From: an uncultured Coriobacteriaceae bacterium
Lineage (GTDB): Bacteria; Actinomycetota; Coriobacteriia; Coriobacteriales; Atopobiaceae
Assembly (NCBI GenBank): GCA_902772435.1
Contig: CACYAX010000001.1
Location: forward strand, 4,987-68,986
Direction of reading: 5' to 3'
Length of the DNA: 64,000 nucleotides
Below the pieces are notes generated by a model. That model did no database searches, was not told the origin of the DNA, and saw nothing but the letters and a program-made list of their open reading frames with translations. The translations under genes were made by a program, and so were the position numbers. Of this stretch, positions 60,320 to 64,000 are shown in pieces (position 1 is the first letter of the stretch; each line of letters starts with the position of its first letter).

Positions 60320-60357
60320 GGGGCGCCGGGGCATCTGCCTCGGCGCCCCTTCTGTCT
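60320..60357 (+). terminator. Terminator after the giant SLH gene (ggggcgccg..cggcgcccc plus ttctgtct)
   Basis: 9-bp GC stem and a T-rich tail. Confidence 0.6.
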
Positions 60358-60727
60358 AGATGGTGGAACAAGGGACGGAGGTTTGTTTCACGTCTTGTTC
60401 CACGCGTCTCCAACGTCAGCGGAGAAGCGTTCGGCGGGCTTATGGCGACTCTCCAACGAGGTCTCAGGTCGGTCTTTCGGTCTAATTCCATGGAAACTTT
60501 GTGAAACCCCCGGAGCCGGGCGTTCCCTGCTATACTCGAAAAGCTGCTGAATTGTGGCGATTGCTGTCGCATGCCCGCATGTCCCAGCCTGTGTAGGGAC
60601 ACCTGCTCGCGAGCAAACAACAGTAAAACCGCAGCTAGGCAGCACATCAGAGGACGCGGTCCGCTGGGGGAGGGCGAAGGGTTCGCCCCAACTGAAGTCC
60701 CATGACCGCCAAACGAAAGGACCAGGA

Positions 60728-61348
60728 ATGGTCAACACGATTCTCGGCCGCAAGATCGGGATGACTCAGGTGTGGGATGAGGACGACAACGTCGTGCCCG
60801 TCACCGTCATCCAGGCTGGCCCCTGCACGGTGTCGCAGGTCAAGACCAAGGCTACTGATGGCTATGAGGCCGTCCAGATCGGCTTTGGTGACATCACCGC
60901 CAAGCACGTCAACAAGCCGCGCGCTGGCCACTTTGCCGCCCAGGGCGTCGAGCCTATGCGCTACCTGCGTGAGGTTCGCGTCGAGGACGCCAGCCAGTAC
61001 AGCACCGGCGACCAGGTCACCGTGGCCGACTTCGCAGAGGTCAAGGCCGTCGACGTGACCGGTACCTCCAAGGGTAAGGGCTTCCAGGGCACCATCAAGC
61101 GCTGGAACTTCCACCGTGGCCCCATGACCCATGGTTCGCGCAACCAGCGCCGCCCGGGCTCCATCGGCCAGTGCGCTTACCCCGCTCGCGTCCGCAAGGG
61201 CCTGCACATGGCTGGCCACATGGGCGATGAGCGCGTGACCGTCAAGAACCTCAAGCTTGTCCGCATCGACGCCGAGCAGAACCTCATGCTCATCAAAGGC
61301 GCGGTCCCTGGCGGCAAGAACGCCCTCGTCCAGGTCCGCATGGCCTAA
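60728..61348 (+). CDS. rplC: 50S ribosomal protein L3
   Basis: ATG at 60728; MVNTILGRKIGMTQVWDEDDNVVPVTVIQAGPC. Confidence 0.95.
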   Translation: MVNTILGRKIGMTQVWDEDDNVVPVTVIQAGPCTVSQVKTKATDGYEAVQIGFGDITAKHVNKPRAGHFAAQGVEPMRYLREVRVEDASQYSTGDQVTVADFAEVKAVDVTGTSKGKGFQGTIKRWNFHRGPMTHGSRNQRRPGSIGQCAYPARVRKGLHMAGHMGDERVTVKNLKLVRIDAEQNLMLIKGAVPGGKNALVQVRMA

Positions 61349-61389
61349 GGGCCACGTAAGACGCCTTTAGGCAAACAAGGAGGACAAAC

Positions 61390-62016
61390 ATGTCCAGTAT
61401 CGAAGTCAAGAGCGTCGAGGGGCAGGCGGCCGGTACCGTCGAGCTCTCCTCTGACGTGTTCGGCATCGAGCCGAACGTCCCCGTGATGCACCAGGTCGTG
61501 GTGGCCTACGAGGCCTGCCTGCGCCAGGGCACCCACTCCACCAAGAACCGTCACTTCGTCTCTGGTGGCGGCAAGAAGCCGTATCGCCAGAAGGGCACCG
61601 GCCGTGCCCGTCAGGGCTCGACCCGCGCTGGTCAGTGGACCGGCGGCGGCGTGATCTTCGGGCCCCTGCCCCACAGCCACGCCCTGCGTTGCAACAACAA
61701 GATGAAGAAGCTCGCCATGCGCTCCGCGCTGTCCGCCAAGCTGGCTGACGCCGAGCTCGTGGTGGTCGACGAGCTCTCCTTCGAGAAGCCGTCCACCAAG
61801 GGCGCCGTCGCCATCCTCAAGGCGCTCGAGCTCGAGGCCAAGCGTGTGACCGTCGTCGTCCCCGACGATGACGTCAACACCTACCTCTCCTTCCGCAACA
61901 TCCCCACCGTCACCGTCATCGGTGTCTCTGAGGCCAACACCCGCTATATCCTCGACAACGGCGCCCTGCTCATGAGCACCGCTATCGCGAAGCAGCTTGA
62001 GGAGGTGCTTGCTTAA
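61390..62016 (+). CDS. rplD: 50S ribosomal protein L4
   Basis: 208 aa; typical L4 (GGGKKPYRQKGTGRARQGS). Confidence 0.95.
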   Translation: MSSIEVKSVEGQAAGTVELSSDVFGIEPNVPVMHQVVVAYEACLRQGTHSTKNRHFVSGGGKKPYRQKGTGRARQGSTRAGQWTGGGVIFGPLPHSHALRCNNKMKKLAMRSALSAKLADAELVVVDELSFEKPSTKGAVAILKALELEAKRVTVVVPDDDVNTYLSFRNIPTVTVIGVSEANTRYILDNGALLMSTAIAKQLEEVLA

Positions 62017-62319
62017 ATGAAGTCCGCTTACGATGTCATCATCCGCCCGGTCGTCTCCGAGCGTTCCTTCGACCTCATGGCCGACGGCAGGTACACCTTC
62101 GAGGTTGCCCGCACCGCGCCGAAGGAAGAGATCGCTGCTGCCGTTGAGAAGCTCTTCGGTGTCCACGTTCTCAAGGTCAACACCATGTGGGTCCGCGCCA
62201 AGAAGAAGCGCCTGCGCTACAACTATGGCACCACCCGCACGTGGAAGAAGGCCATCGTCACCATCGCCCCGGGCGAGACGATTGAGGTCTTCGCAGCCCA
62301 GGCCGCTGCAGCCGAGTAA
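62017..62319 (+). CDS. rplW: 50S ribosomal protein L23
   Basis: 100 aa; DVIIRPVVSERS. Confidence 0.9.
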   Translation: MKSAYDVIIRPVVSERSFDLMADGRYTFEVARTAPKEEIAAAVEKLFGVHVLKVNTMWVRAKKKRLRYNYGTTRTWKKAIVTIAPGETIEVFAAQAAAAE

Positions 62320-62457
62320 GTAAGGTAAACCCGCCCGCCAAGACGTGGTTGGGCGTGTTATGCCGCGCAACATAGATACGCGCGGTACCGTGGTAATCCG
62401 GTGTCGTCCCGCAAGTCCCTGAACGGGACGGCCAACGGGTAAGAAAGGGAAGAACGA

Positions 62458-63300
<843 letters not shown>

Positions 63301-63330
63301 TCGGCACGCGAGTATAGGAGATAGGAAAGC

Positions 63331-63591
63331 ATGAGCAGAAGTCTCAAGAAGGGCCCGTACGTGGAGACTCGCCTCCTCGAGCGTGTCATTGCTATGAACG
63401 AGTCCGGCAAGAAGGAAGTCATCAAGACCTGGTCGCGTTCCTCGACCATCTTCCCCGAGATGGTTGGCCACACGATCGCCGTCCACGATGGCCGCAAGCA
63501 CGTCCCCGTGTACGTTACCGAGTCCATGGTCGGTCACAAGCTCGGCGAGTTCTCGCCGTCCCGTACCTTCCGCGGCCACAAGGTTAAGTAG
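63331..63591 (+). CDS. rpsS: 30S ribosomal protein S19
   Basis: 86 aa; [11 protein letters not shown]. Confidence 0.95.
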   Translation: MSRSLKKGPYVETRLLERVIAMNESGKKEVIKTWSRSSTIFPEMVGHTIAVHDGRKHVPVYVTESMVGHKLGEFSPSRTFRGHKVK

Positions 63592-63606
63592 GGGAGGTAG
63601 GAGTAC

Positions 63607-63969
63607 ATGGCTAAGAGAACCAACCCGGGCGAGGTCCGCGCGACCGCTAAGTTCGTCCGCATGGCCCCGCGCAAGGTGCGCATGGTGGTGGCCCAGATCC
63701 GCAACAAGTCCGTCGACGATGCTCGCGAGACGCTCCAGTTCTGCGAGCGCGCTGCCGCCGAGCCCGTCGCCAAGGTCCTGAACTCGGCCATCGCCAACGC
63801 CGAGAACAACAACAACCTGCGCGCCAGCAACCTCGTGGTTGCTGAGGCCTATGTCGACGAGGGTCCGACCCTCAAGCGCATCCGCCCGCGCGCCAAGGGC
63901 TCCGCTTCGCGCATCAACAAGCGCACGAGCCACATCACCGTCGTCGTCGCACCCAGGAAGGAGGCGTAA
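63607..63969 (+). CDS. rplV: 50S ribosomal protein L22
   Basis: 120 aa; typical L22. Confidence 0.9.
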   Translation: MAKRTNPGEVRATAKFVRMAPRKVRMVVAQIRNKSVDDARETLQFCERAAAEPVAKVLNSAIANAENNNNLRASNLVVAEAYVDEGPTLKRIRPRAKGSASRINKRTSHITVVVAPRKEA

Positions 63970-63971
63970 GG

Positions 63972-64000
63972 ATGGGACAGAAGGTACATCCTACCGGCTT
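63972..64000 (+). CDS. rpsC: 30S ribosomal protein S3, 5' fragment truncated by the window end
   Basis: MGQKVHPTG... and synteny after rplV. Confidence 0.8.

Overview
High-GC (about 60%) Gram-positive actinobacterial window, Coriobacteriia-like judging by protein sequences; this taxonomic call is inference only. All supported genes are on the + strand. The backbone is the conserved translation/transcription super-operon: rlmB, yacP-like, tRNA-Thr, then tRNA-Tyr/Thr/Met, tuf, rpmG, tRNA-Trp, secE, nusG, rplK, rplA, rplJ, rplL, rpoB, rpoC, rpsL, rpsG, fusA, rpsJ, rplC, rplD, rplW, rplB, rpsS, rplV and the start of rpsC. Three junctions that are usually tight carry 10-15 kb of accessory cargo with no visible mobility genes. 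(1) rplL/rpoB holds a sortase-dependent pilus/adhesin locus: a 3110-aa LPXTG-type protein, two pilins and two class C sortases. (2) rpoC/rpsL holds an XRE-cupin regulator, two AMP-forming acyl-CoA ligases (one fused to a TIM-barrel domain), a P-loop NTPase and a four-subunit 2-oxoacid:ferredoxin oxidoreductase. (3) rpsJ/rplC holds a membrane LuxR regulator plus a 2802-aa SLH-anchored protein, which splits the S10 operon. Near the left end is a small Nif11-like double-glycine leader peptide gene followed by two paralogous membrane proteins. Two essential genes look broken: tuf by a perfect 23-bp tandem duplication, and rplJ by an internal out-of-frame deletion. The long minus-strand ORFs are high-GC antisense shadows. 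No rRNA, CRISPR array, transposase or integrase was seen.
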